From a virus (Duplodnaviria; Caudoviricetes), in the IMG/VR virus record IMGVR_UViG_3300038393_003183, positions 4,656 through 68,655 of that record: a DNA stretch of 64,000 nucleotides. One strand, given 5' to 3'. The position numbers and the translations under genes were made by a program. How positions within the stretch are numbered: position 1 is the first letter of the stretch; every line of letters starts with the position of its first letter. Shown here in pieces: positions 32,866 to 40,619 of the stretch. Below the pieces are notes generated by a model. The model saw only the letters and a list, made by a program, of their open reading frames with translations. It was not told where the DNA came from and searched no databases.

Positions 32866-33123
32866 TCAGTGGGCAGACTCGGTCGCGGGCCGGAACACTT
32901 CCAGCTCCTCGGGCGCGCCAAAGCGCACCAGCCGCACGGACACGCCGGAACCGTCCACGGCGCGCTGCACCATCGGGCGCATCTGCTCCAGGTCTTCCTC
33001 GGCCGAAGTCACCATCGGGGTCGTGCCGCCGCCCACGTCGACGGCGACGATGCCTTCGACACCGGAATCGTCACTGGGCGGGACGCCGAGGAACGCCCAC
33101 AGGCTTGTGCTTTGAGTTGTCAT
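32866..33123 (-). CDS. Hypothetical protein, first gene of antisense block 2
   Basis: GGAG RBS; TATACT -10-like element at 33157-33152. Confidence 0.65.
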   Translation of the reverse strand: MTTQSTSLWAFLGVPPSDDSGVEGIVAVDVGGGTTPMVTSAEEDLEQMRPMVQRAVDGSGVSVRLVRFGAPEELEVFRPATESAH

Positions 33124-33185
33124 TTCTAGTCTCCGCGTGGCTGGAAGCAACAGTATAGCCGCGTAATCTCGCCGTTAGGAAATAA

Positions 33186-35249
33186 ATGCCGAACGCTTTC
33201 AAACTCGACCGCTTTCTGGGGCTGATCCCGCGCCTGCCAGACACGCTGTTGCCGCCTACCAACTCGACGGTGGCTGAAAACTGCGACTTTGCCTATGGCG
33301 AACTGCGCAGCCTTGCCGCCAACCTCCCCGAGCATGTGCTGGACCACAACGCGGCCAGCCTGTACACCGACGACGGGGCGCTGTTCTACACCTGGCCGGT
33401 CGATGTCGACGCGGTGCGCTCGCCCATGGCGAACGACACCTTCAACCGCCTGTACTACACCACGCCGGGCGACTTCCGCGTGGCACCGCGCGACGGCATG
33501 CGACCGGGCGGCGGCGAGCCGCCCAGCAGCTACCGGGTCGGCGTGCCCAAGGCGGCCACCGCGCCAGGCACCGTGCTGGCACCCGATGCCACCGTGGTCG
33601 ATACGGCCACCAACGTGGGAGTGGTGCCCGTGTACGCGCACGGTCCCGGCGACCCGACCGGCTTCGAGTACCACGCCGGTGCCGGCGTCGGCCCGGTGAT
33701 CGCCACCCTGACCCTGACGCTGCCCGCAGCGGGCAGCGTGGCCGCGCTGGTGACGTGGCAGTCGGTGTCGGGCATGGCCGGGGACAACTTCAACGTGCGG
33801 GTCGAGCTGACCGCCGACGGCGCGATGATGGTGGCGCAGTCCGACTCGGGCACCGCTGGCTACGTCGAGCCGCACTTCGCCACCGGGTCCATCGCACTAG
33901 ATGCCGGCGAGCATGAGTTCATCCTGCGCTTTGCCAACGACTGGACCCGCGGCTGGTGGTATCTGGGCCAGTGGAGCGTGACGATCCTGCCCGTCAAGGT
34001 CGAGGGCGAGGTGCTGCCCACGCCCGACAAGCCGGTGGACGTGACCCGCGCCTACGTCTGGACCCATGTCAATATCTACGGCGAGGAAGGGGTGCCGTCG
34101 CCGCCGACCGTCATCACGATCCCGTCGGGCAGCGCGGTGGACCTGGACATCAACTACCAGGTGCCGACCATCGACTACGCGCCGATCAAGGAACTGCGCA
34201 TCTATCGCACCCCCGACGCGTCCACGATTGCCGAGTATTTCTACGTCGGCAGCATCAATGTCGAGGGACTGCCGAGCCAGCATTTCAGCTTCCACGACGC
34301 GGTGGCGGCGGCCCAGCTCAACGAGCAACTGGCCTCAATGAACTACTACCCGCCCGATCCCGATCTGGTGGGGCTGACGGCGCTCCCCAACGGCATCCTG
34401 ATGGCATGGAAGGGCAACGAGCTGCACTTCTCGGATGCCTACAAGGCGTGGTCGTGGCCACCGCAGTACGTGCTGACCTTTGGCGACTACGACATCGTCG
34501 GTGCCATCACGGTCGGCTCGTCGGCGCTGATCACGACCACCGGCAAGCCGTTCCTGGTGGCCGGCGTGTCGCCTGACGCGATGACCAACTCGGTGCTCAA
34601 CATCCAGCAGGCCGGGGTCTCGAAGTGGGCGCTGGCCGATCTCGGCGGGGTCATCGCCTACGCCAGCCACGACGGCATCGTGGTGTTCGACGGCGGCCTG
34701 CCGTCGATGGCCATGTCGGAAAATTTCTTCACGCGCGACGTGTGGCGTGCGCGCTACGCGCCAGGGCTGGCGACCATGCACTTTGCCGTGTGGGACGGGC
34801 GCCTGATCGTGTATTCGGCTGACGACACGTTCACCCCGTTCATGATCAGTCTGGACGAGGCGCGCGGGGCGATGACCGAACTGCCGGGGTTGGTGGCCCA
34901 GAGCTCGTTCGTCTCGCCCGTGGCCGACCAGTGCTACATCGTCAACGACGCGGTGCTGCTGCGCATCGGTGGCGGGCCGGACCAGATTACGACCTGGACC
35001 AGCCATACCTTCATCCAGAACCAGCCGTGCAATTTCAGCGTGGCGCAGGCCGTGTGCGACGGCGTGTGGGAACTCCAGTTCTATGCCGACGGCGTGCTGC
35101 GCCACACGCAGGCCGGGGTGTCGGGCAATGTCACGTTCCGGCTGCCAGGCGGGTTCCTGGCCGACCGCTGGCAGATCCGCATCCAGGGCAGCGGCCGCTT
35201 CCGCGAGCTGCGCGTGGCCGAAAGCGCCGCCGACCTGAAAGGCTTGTGA
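33186..35249 (+). CDS. Tail nozzle / tail tubular (stabilisation) protein with inserted beta-sandwich
   Basis: FLGLIPRL...AENCDF..GEL N-terminus; beta-propeller-like middle (FSDAYKAWSWPPQY); 687 aa. Confidence 0.75.
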   Translation: MPNAFKLDRFLGLIPRLPDTLLPPTNSTVAENCDFAYGELRSLAANLPEHVLDHNAASLYTDDGALFYTWPVDVDAVRSPMANDTFNRLYYTTPGDFRVAPRDGMRPGGGEPPSSYRVGVPKAATAPGTVLAPDATVVDTATNVGVVPVYAHGPGDPTGFEYHAGAGVGPVIATLTLTLPAAGSVAALVTWQSVSGMAGDNFNVRVELTADGAMMVAQSDSGTAGYVEPHFATGSIALDAGEHEFILRFANDWTRGWWYLGQWSVTILPVKVEGEVLPTPDKPVDVTRAYVWTHVNIYGEEGVPSPPTVITIPSGSAVDLDINYQVPTIDYAPIKELRIYRTPDASTIAEYFYVGSINVEGLPSQHFSFHDAVAAAQLNEQLASMNYYPPDPDLVGLTALPNGILMAWKGNELHFSDAYKAWSWPPQYVLTFGDYDIVGAITVGSSALITTTGKPFLVAGVSPDAMTNSVLNIQQAGVSKWALADLGGVIAYASHDGIVVFDGGLPSMAMSENFFTRDVWRARYAPGLATMHFAVWDGRLIVYSADDTFTPFMISLDEARGAMTELPGLVAQSSFVSPVADQCYIVNDAVLLRIGGGPDQITTWTSHTFIQNQPCNFSVAQAVCDGVWELQFYADGVLRHTQAGVSGNVTFRLPGGFLADRWQIRIQGSGRFRELRVAESAADLKGL

Positions 35250-35367
35250 TGCTCACAATTCTGAGATTACAATCAGGAAATCGAACACGCGCTTTTACCA
35301 GGGGCGCAAGACTGTAAGACAACACCCCTATAACCGCCCAACCGAGGGCATTTATAGGAGAGCAGCA

Positions 35368-35628
35368 ATGAGCAACGAGATCGGCGCGGTGCGCGCCAAG
35401 ATGACGTGCCACGCGACAGAAACGAGCCGCTGGGGCGAGGGCGCACAGCAGGTGCAGCACAAGGTCAAGCTGGGGGCCGTGTACGGCAGCAACGGCGAAA
35501 ACAAGGACTTCGCGGATGCGACCCCGGCCGGCGAATGCTGGATGAACATCAGCCCCGGTCGGCCCGCCGCCGACTTCTTCAAGCCAGGCAAGAAATACTA
35601 CGTGACGTTCACCGAGGCACCCGACTGA
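35368..35628 (+). CDS. Conserved small phage protein
   Basis: AGGAG RBS; VRAKM...ENKDFADATPAG...FKPGKKYYVTFTEA. Confidence 0.75.
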   Translation: MSNEIGAVRAKMTCHATETSRWGEGAQQVQHKVKLGAVYGSNGENKDFADATPAGECWMNISPGRPAADFFKPGKKYYVTFTEAPD

Positions 35629-35667
35629 CCCACTTGCACGGGCCGATCCGTCGGCCCGTTTTTCCAG

Positions 35668-36135
35668 ATGAAAGTCCTGTTCCTCGACATCGACGGCGTC
35701 CTCAACAGCGACCGCTCGGACCTCGCGTTCGGCGGCCTGCCGGACGGTTTCATGCCGCACGATCTGGCGCGCTTTGATCCAGTGGCGTTGGCTCTGGTGC
35801 GGCGGTTGTGTGCGGAGACGGGCGCCGCAGTGGTGCTGTCCTCGAGCTGGCGGCTGCACCACACGGTGCAGGAAGCGGCTGCCGGCTTGGGCCTGCCCGT
35901 GGTCGACTCCACGCGCGATCTTGGGTCCAGCTTCGGCCGTTCCGACGAAATCACGCTGTGGCTGGCCACGCACCCCGAGGTGACGCACTACGCGATCGTG
36001 GACGACATGGCGCTGCACTGGCCGAACGCGCCGCACTGGCAGCACTTCGTGCGCACCAGCGCCGCCATCGGGCTGACCGCATCCGAGTATTTCAGCCTGC
36101 ATCGGCTGCTGTCGTCGGTTGAGCCGATCAGGTAG
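35668..36135 (+). CDS. HAD-family phosphatase (Swiss-Army-Knife RNA-repair type)
   Basis: FLDIDGVLN, VVLSSSWR, R.DEI..WL and YAIVDD motifs. Confidence 0.85.
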   Translation: MKVLFLDIDGVLNSDRSDLAFGGLPDGFMPHDLARFDPVALALVRRLCAETGAAVVLSSSWRLHHTVQEAAAGLGLPVVDSTRDLGSSFGRSDEITLWLATHPEVTHYAIVDDMALHWPNAPHWQHFVRTSAAIGLTASEYFSLHRLLSSVEPIR

Positions 36136-36277
36136 ATTCTTCTTCTTCGTCGTCCCCGGCGAAACACTCCAACGCCCAGCCAACCATGCGCAGCAGCAGA
36201 ATCATGCCGAACGCGACCCACCACCACACGCTCTTGGTGAATGTGGTAATCAGGATAGCGGCTATCAGAGCGGTCAT
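36128..36277 (-). CDS. Small membrane protein with acidic tail (below the ORF-track cutoff)
   Basis: Hand translation: MTALIAAILITTFTKSVWWWVAFGMILLLRMVGWALECFAGDDEEEEST. Confidence 0.55.
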   Translation of the reverse strand: MTALIAAILITTFTKSVWWWVAFGMILLLRMVGWALECFAGDDEEEEST

Positions 36278-36287
36278 GGTGATCTCT

Positions 36288-36527
36288 CTAGGCTGGTAAT
36301 TGGGTCAGGGTGGCCACTGCGTTCTCGGCCAGGTCGCGGTAGACGCCGTCCTCGCCTTGCAACAGCGGCAGGCTGCCCACCACCATGCCGCCGCTCGGCG
36401 TGCGCAGGGCACCGCCAAAACCGAGCATCAGGCTGCGGCTGTTGGGCGATGCCAGCAGCACCATGGCGCGCACCGACTGGCCGTTATAGTCGAGATGGAC
36501 GAACTGGCCACGGGTGAAGTGGCTCAT
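36288..36527 (-). CDS. Hypothetical protein (antisense block 3)
   Basis: 79 aa; coupled to the upstream gene. Confidence 0.6.
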   Translation of the reverse strand: MSHFTRGQFVHLDYNGQSVRAMVLLASPNSRSLMLGFGGALRTPSGGMVVGSLPLLQGEDGVYRDLAENAVATLTQLPA

Positions 36528-37060
36528 GTCTTCCTCGGGAAATAGGGGAGCGGGCCGGCGATCATGTCGAACTCAGCATGGCCGAGGTCGGCCAGAATAC
36601 GGGCCAGCATCGTGAGGGTCACGCGCACCCCGCCGCCTGGCAGTATGTCGCGCGGACGGATGTGGATGGCACCGCACTCCAGAGCCCGCGCGGTGTCCCA
36701 ACGCGCCCCCCACAGCGCCCCGATGTCCGCAAAGTCGTTTGCCAGATTGATGCTGTAGACGATGCAGGTCCGTCCTGGCTCGCTGTTGAACCGGAACGGC
36801 AGGCGCACCGAATAATAGTTGAGCCAGTGCCGGAGCCGGTCGGCAGGCGGCATGGCGGCCAGCGCGGCAGCTTCTTCGGCGGCGATCCGGCGCTCCTCGG
36901 CCAGTTCGCGCCGCCGCTGCGCGGCGCGCAGGCGCCGCTGTTCCTTGCGTTCCTCACGCTTGCGCGCGGCCGCTTGTTCGCGCTCGTCGCGCAGTGGCCC
37001 CTCTAGCCGGAAGCGGGTGACGGCGGCGATCAGCGCGAGTCGGGCAGGGTCGATCTTCAT
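36524..37060 (-). CDS. Hypothetical protein with charged coiled coil
   Basis: 178 aa; R/E-rich helix followed by a globular C-terminal half. Confidence 0.6.
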   Translation of the reverse strand: MKIDPARLALIAAVTRFRLEGPLRDEREQAAARKREERKEQRRLRAAQRRRELAEERRIAAEEAAALAAMPPADRLRHWLNYYSVRLPFRFNSEPGRTCIVYSINLANDFADIGALWGARWDTARALECGAIHIRPRDILPGGGVRVTLTMLARILADLGHAEFDMIAGPLPYFPRKT

Positions 37061-37254
37061 TGTGGCCTCATCGGTGCGTGGAAGACGAGAGAGCAGTGCG
37101 GGCAGCGGTACAGCATCAGGTTGAAGAACGGGCGCACGGCCTCAGCGTCGGGGTGCCCCCACTGGTAGACATTCTTGTCCTCCATCGGCTCGGCGGCGCT
37201 GCAGGTGCGCTGCGGCAGGGCAGAGGGGGCGTAGACCAGAATCGGGGCGCTCAT
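37057..37254 (-). CDS. Small Cys-containing (Zn-ribbon-like) protein
   Basis: C...YRCPHC; 65 aa. Confidence 0.5.
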   Translation of the reverse strand: MSAPILVYAPSALPQRTCSAAEPMEDKNVYQWGHPDAEAVRPFFNLMLYRCPHCSLVFHAPMRPQ

Positions 37255-37268
37255 GATGTTAATGTCCA

Positions 37269-37277
37269 ATTATGACA
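37269..37277 (-). promoter_or_regulatory. Extended -10 promoter for antisense block 3
   Basis: TGtCATAAT on the minus strand, 14 nt upstream of the ATG at 37254. Confidence 0.45.
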
Positions 37278-37292
37278 CTAGGAAACGACTAA

Positions 37293-37871
37293 ATGGCACT
37301 CGACCAGGGTAACAAAGTCATTCCCGGCATCCCGCTGGGGGCGCTGGCCGGCATTGCCGACCCCAAGGTGCGCGCGGTGCTGACCGCGCTGGTCGACACG
37401 CACAACGTGCGCAACAATCTGGCTGGCGCGGGCGACGAGGCGTTCATCACGCATCTGGAGGCCCAGCAACTGGGCAGCAGCGGGCCAGGCACCGATACCG
37501 CCACCACCCAGCGCCTGCTGGCGCGCTACCTGCACGGCAACGGCGGCGGGCCGTTCACGACCGGCTCGCTGGTCGGGCTGGGCTCGACCACGCTGGTGCT
37601 GGAGCGGCCCATGAACTTTTTCGCCACGGCGGTGTGGGGCGCTGCCGGCATCAGCGCATCCAACACCCGCGTCGAGCTGCACACGGCCGACGGTGCCGTG
37701 CTGCTCAGCCTGAGCGAGTCGGTACGGGCCGGCTATGCGCGCTCGCATGTGGCGTCCAGCAGCTTTTCGCTGGACGCGGGGTCGCACGCGCTGGTGTTCC
37801 ACGCCGGGAACGACTACGGCGGTGCCTACACCATGGGGCAGTGGGCGGTGCTGATCGTGCCGACTTCATGA
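37293..37871 (+). CDS. Tail protein (fibre-attachment-like N-terminus plus beta-sandwich)
   Basis: N-terminal IPGIP...VRAVLTAL...AGDEAFIT; the C-terminal domain is similar to the nozzle insert. Confidence 0.65.
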   Translation: MALDQGNKVIPGIPLGALAGIADPKVRAVLTALVDTHNVRNNLAGAGDEAFITHLEAQQLGSSGPGTDTATTQRLLARYLHGNGGGPFTTGSLVGLGSTTLVLERPMNFFATAVWGAAGISASNTRVELHTADGAVLLSLSESVRAGYARSHVASSSFSLDAGSHALVFHAGNDYGGAYTMGQWAVLIVPTS

Positions 37872-37911
37872 TTATGTGGCTGAAACGGTACAGGACGCCT
37901 AGAATGGGACG

Positions 37912-38169
37912 ATGAGCACCCACATCGACCCCACCACCGGCAAGCTGGACGAGGCCGCACGCGCCTACGGCGAGGGCATCACGGACCTGGCGCGCGAACT
38001 TGGCCTTGATTCCGAAACCTGTTTCGTCATCTTCGGCATGTTCGCGCGCAAGCTGATCGACGTGGCGATTGCGCGCGGTGCCAGCGAGCAGGAGCTGCTG
38101 GAATCTGCGTGCAACGCGTTTTCGCGTGGCCTTGGCATCACGTTTGCTGGTTTGCACAGGAAGCAATGA
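37912..38169 (+). CDS. Hypothetical protein, ITxLARE...FGMFA family (copy 2)
   Basis: Paralog of 31470-31748. Confidence 0.65.
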   Translation: MSTHIDPTTGKLDEAARAYGEGITDLARELGLDSETCFVIFGMFARKLIDVAIARGASEQELLESACNAFSRGLGITFAGLHRKQ

Positions 38170-38178
38170 ACGCGTTTC

Positions 38179-38331
38179 TCATAGGCGGTTGGCGATCATC
38201 TGCATCACAATCAGATGGAACAGCGCCACGACGTAGCGTCCACCCGCTACCGCGTCGATCATCGCGTAGGCGTTGAGGAAGCCGAGCAGGTGCCCGATGG
38301 TGATGGACACGCTGATGCGGCGCTTGCTCAT
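38179..38331 (-). CDS. Small membrane protein (below the ORF-track cutoff)
   Basis: Hand translation: MSKRRISVSITIGHLLGFLNAYAMIDAVAGGRYVVALFHLIVMQMIANRL; ATGA-coupled. Confidence 0.55.
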   Translation of the reverse strand: MSKRRISVSITIGHLLGFLNAYAMIDAVAGGRYVVALFHLIVMQMIANRL

Positions 38332-38654
38332 GCCAGGTCGAACCAGAACTGGAACGCCGACAGCAGGTCGTGGACCGACAACTGAAAGCGCACGTTCTCG
38401 GGATCGGCGGCTTCTTCCATGCTGTCGAAGTGACTGCCGATGAAGGCCATCACCTCCTGCGGCGTGGTCGGCACCTTCGCCGCCTGCCGATCACCGCGCG
38501 CGATGTGCGCCACGACGGCATCGGCCACCATCATCGGCGGCACGCTCTTGTCGATCACGCCGGCCTCGATCAGCTCCTGACGCACCATGGCCATGCAGTC
38601 GGCCATGCCCTGCAAGGTCAGGCGATCATCCGCGCCCTCTGGCCGGTCGCTCAT
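38328..38654 (-). CDS. Hypothetical protein (antisense block 4)
   Basis: 108 aa; coupled; FQLSVHDLLSAF. Confidence 0.65.
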   Translation of the reverse strand: MSDRPEGADDRLTLQGMADCMAMVRQELIEAGVIDKSVPPMMVADAVVAHIARGDRQAAKVPTTPQEVMAFIGSHFDSMEEAADPENVRFQLSVHDLLSAFQFWFDLA

Positions 38655-39004
38655 GCCAGGTCCCGCCCGCTGCCGGCCTTGCCCAGCAGCCGTGCGCGTA
38701 GGTTGATGATCTCCGCGATCAGGTCGTCCACCAGCGGATCCTTGCCCTTCTCGTCGTCAATCCAGCGCGGCAGGTCCACGTCGTCGCGCACGTCGCACGG
38801 TGCCGCCGACCCGACCAGCGCGAAGAAGTGGGAGCAGCAGACGTAGGCGGTCAGCGGGTGGCGCGCCTGAGCCGGATCGTCCCACTGGATTACCTCGCTG
38901 ACCTTATGGGTGGCCGGGCGCCCGCAGGTCATGCAAAACTCGCCTGTGCAGCTTTTGGATACGTGGTGCATGGCCTTGCCCTGATGTGGTAGTGGTGCGC
39001 TCAT
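38651..39004 (-). CDS. Cys/His-rich putative Zn-binding protein
   Basis: CxxC (CMTC), H, CCxH motifs. Confidence 0.6.
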   Translation of the reverse strand: MSAPLPHQGKAMHHVSKSCTGEFCMTCGRPATHKVSEVIQWDDPAQARHPLTAYVCCSHFFALVGSAAPCDVRDDVDLPRWIDDEKGKDPLVDDLIAEIINLRARLLGKAGSGRDLA

Positions 39005-39414
39005 GCCGACGGCGTGCCGGTGTCGATCACCAGCACGTCGTTGTACTGGTTGACCGTGTCCTGCTGCACGGCGCGCCAGCCTTCGACCGCCGCTTTCAGC
39101 GCCCTGTCGGCTTTGAACAGGCTCGCTGTATCGTTGGGTGCGTTCTGGTAGGCCACCAGCGCGTTGGCCACGGCTGCCGCCTTGGCCGTCAGCTCGGCCA
39201 GATCATGCGTGGACCAGCTGGAGTCGGGCGGCGGCGCACCGCGCAGCGCGTTGACGGCATCTTCCATGGCGATGCCCATGCTGATGACCGTGCCCTGGTA
39301 GTGGTTACGCTCTTGTTCGGAAAGCGTCAGCGCCTCGCGCAGCAACGCGTTGGCCTGTTCCAGCTCGGCGGCGCGGGCACGCAGTTGGTCGATCAGGCTT
39401 TCGGCGTCGTTCAT
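39001..39414 (-). CDS. Coiled-coil hypothetical protein
   Basis: GGAG RBS; heptad-rich N-terminus. Confidence 0.65.
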   Translation of the reverse strand: MNDAESLIDQLRARAAELEQANALLREALTLSEQERNHYQGTVISMGIAMEDAVNALRGAPPPDSSWSTHDLAELTAKAAAVANALVAYQNAPNDTASLFKADRALKAAVEGWRAVQQDTVNQYNDVLVIDTGTPSA

Positions 39415-39551
39415 GGGTATTGGCTCCAGACGTTGGTGGTGGGTTACTTGCCCTTGAGCAGGCGGGTTGCCGCGCCTAGCTCGACGCAGTTGGCGGCGAT
39501 CCATCGTCTGGCATGCCGCGCAGGCGCTCCCAGAAAACGGCTTCGTCATCG

Positions 39552-39571
39552 GATTTCGTCATGACGAAATC
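39552..39571. promoter_or_regulatory. Perfect 20-bp palindrome GATTTCGTCATGACGAAATC (candidate operator, copy 2)
   Basis: Intergenic; its core is identical to 6494-6511; an extra half-site TTCGTCAT lies at 39542-39549. Confidence 0.6.
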
Positions 39572-39676
39572 GTCGCGGTCGCGCGCCCCCATGGAAGTGC
39601 CTCCTGGTCGGTGTGGGTGGTTTGTTCCACCAGGGACTATACCGCAGAAGTTACCAAAAATCACCACGGCAAGGGG

Positions 39677-39716
39677 CGTGGAAGCGATTCGTGGAAGCGA
39701 TATTCGTCTCTACAAT
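39677..39716 (+). promoter_or_regulatory. Candidate promoter with tandem 12-bp direct repeats
   Basis: CGTGGAAGCGAT at 39677 and 39690; TACAAT at 39711-39716; upstream of the SET-cupin gene. Confidence 0.45.
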
Positions 39717-39746
39717 TTTCGGCATTTCCGCACAAGAAGGGCCGTG

Positions 39747-40619
39747 ATGTCGCCTGCCGTCACCGATTCCCGCGAGGCTGCCGATGCGGCGCGTGACCGC
39801 GCCGACTTCGACGCGTTCCTGCTCGAAACCGGCCTGTCTGCCGACTGGGTGGCCGCCGTCTCCCAGTACACCCACGACCTGATCCCTATGCCGCACGGCT
39901 GGTGCGTGCAGGTGCTGCCGTCCCCGATTCAGGGACAGGGGCTGTTCGCCACCCACAACATCGGCCCTGGCGAGATCATCGCCCCCGCCCGGCGCGGCAA
40001 CAAACGCACTCCAGCGGGCCGCTACGCCAACCACGCGGCCAACCCCAACGCCTGCGGCGTGCCGAACTCGCAGGCACCGAACGCCGACATCGACCTAGTG
40101 GCGCTGCGCCCGATCCGGCCTGGCGAGGAAATCACGCTCGACTACCGCCAGTCGTTCCGCACCAACCGCAGTCTGGCGGCGGCGGCGCGGCGCGAGCACA
40201 TGACCAGCCTGGTCGCGGCGCTGATGGCGCACGGCGACCGCCGCTCGCCGCCCGTCAAGCACACGCTGTGCAACGGCATGTACATGCGCGAGCTGTTCAT
40301 CCCGGCAGGCACGGTGCTGGCGGGGAAGGTCCACCGCGTGGCCTGCCTGAATGTCTGCTCGGCGGGCGACATCGAGATCGCCACCGAGCATGGGCTGATG
40401 CGGGTGGCGGCCGGCTTCACCGCCGTGTCCGAGCCGTTCACCCAGAAGCTCGGCTACGCCTACGCGGACACGGTCTGGATCAACGTGTTTCGCACCGACC
40501 TGACCGACATCGCCGCCATTGAGCGCGAGGTGTTCATGTCGGACGACGAAATGATCGCCTACCTCGACCCCGAGGGAAGGCATTTCGAGGAATTTTTGAA
40601 ACTGAGAGGTACATCATGA
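39747..40619 (+). CDS. SET-domain plus cupin-fold fusion protein
   Basis: SET motifs SPIQGQGLFA, RYANHAANPN and GEEITLDY; cupin-like HTLCNGMYMRELFIPAG...GKVH. Confidence 0.85.
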   Translation: MSPAVTDSREAADAARDRADFDAFLLETGLSADWVAAVSQYTHDLIPMPHGWCVQVLPSPIQGQGLFATHNIGPGEIIAPARRGNKRTPAGRYANHAANPNACGVPNSQAPNADIDLVALRPIRPGEEITLDYRQSFRTNRSLAAAARREHMTSLVAALMAHGDRRSPPVKHTLCNGMYMRELFIPAGTVLAGKVHRVACLNVCSAGDIEIATEHGLMRVAAGFTAVSEPFTQKLGYAYADTVWINVFRTDLTDIAAIEREVFMSDDEMIAYLDPEGRHFEEFLKLRGTS

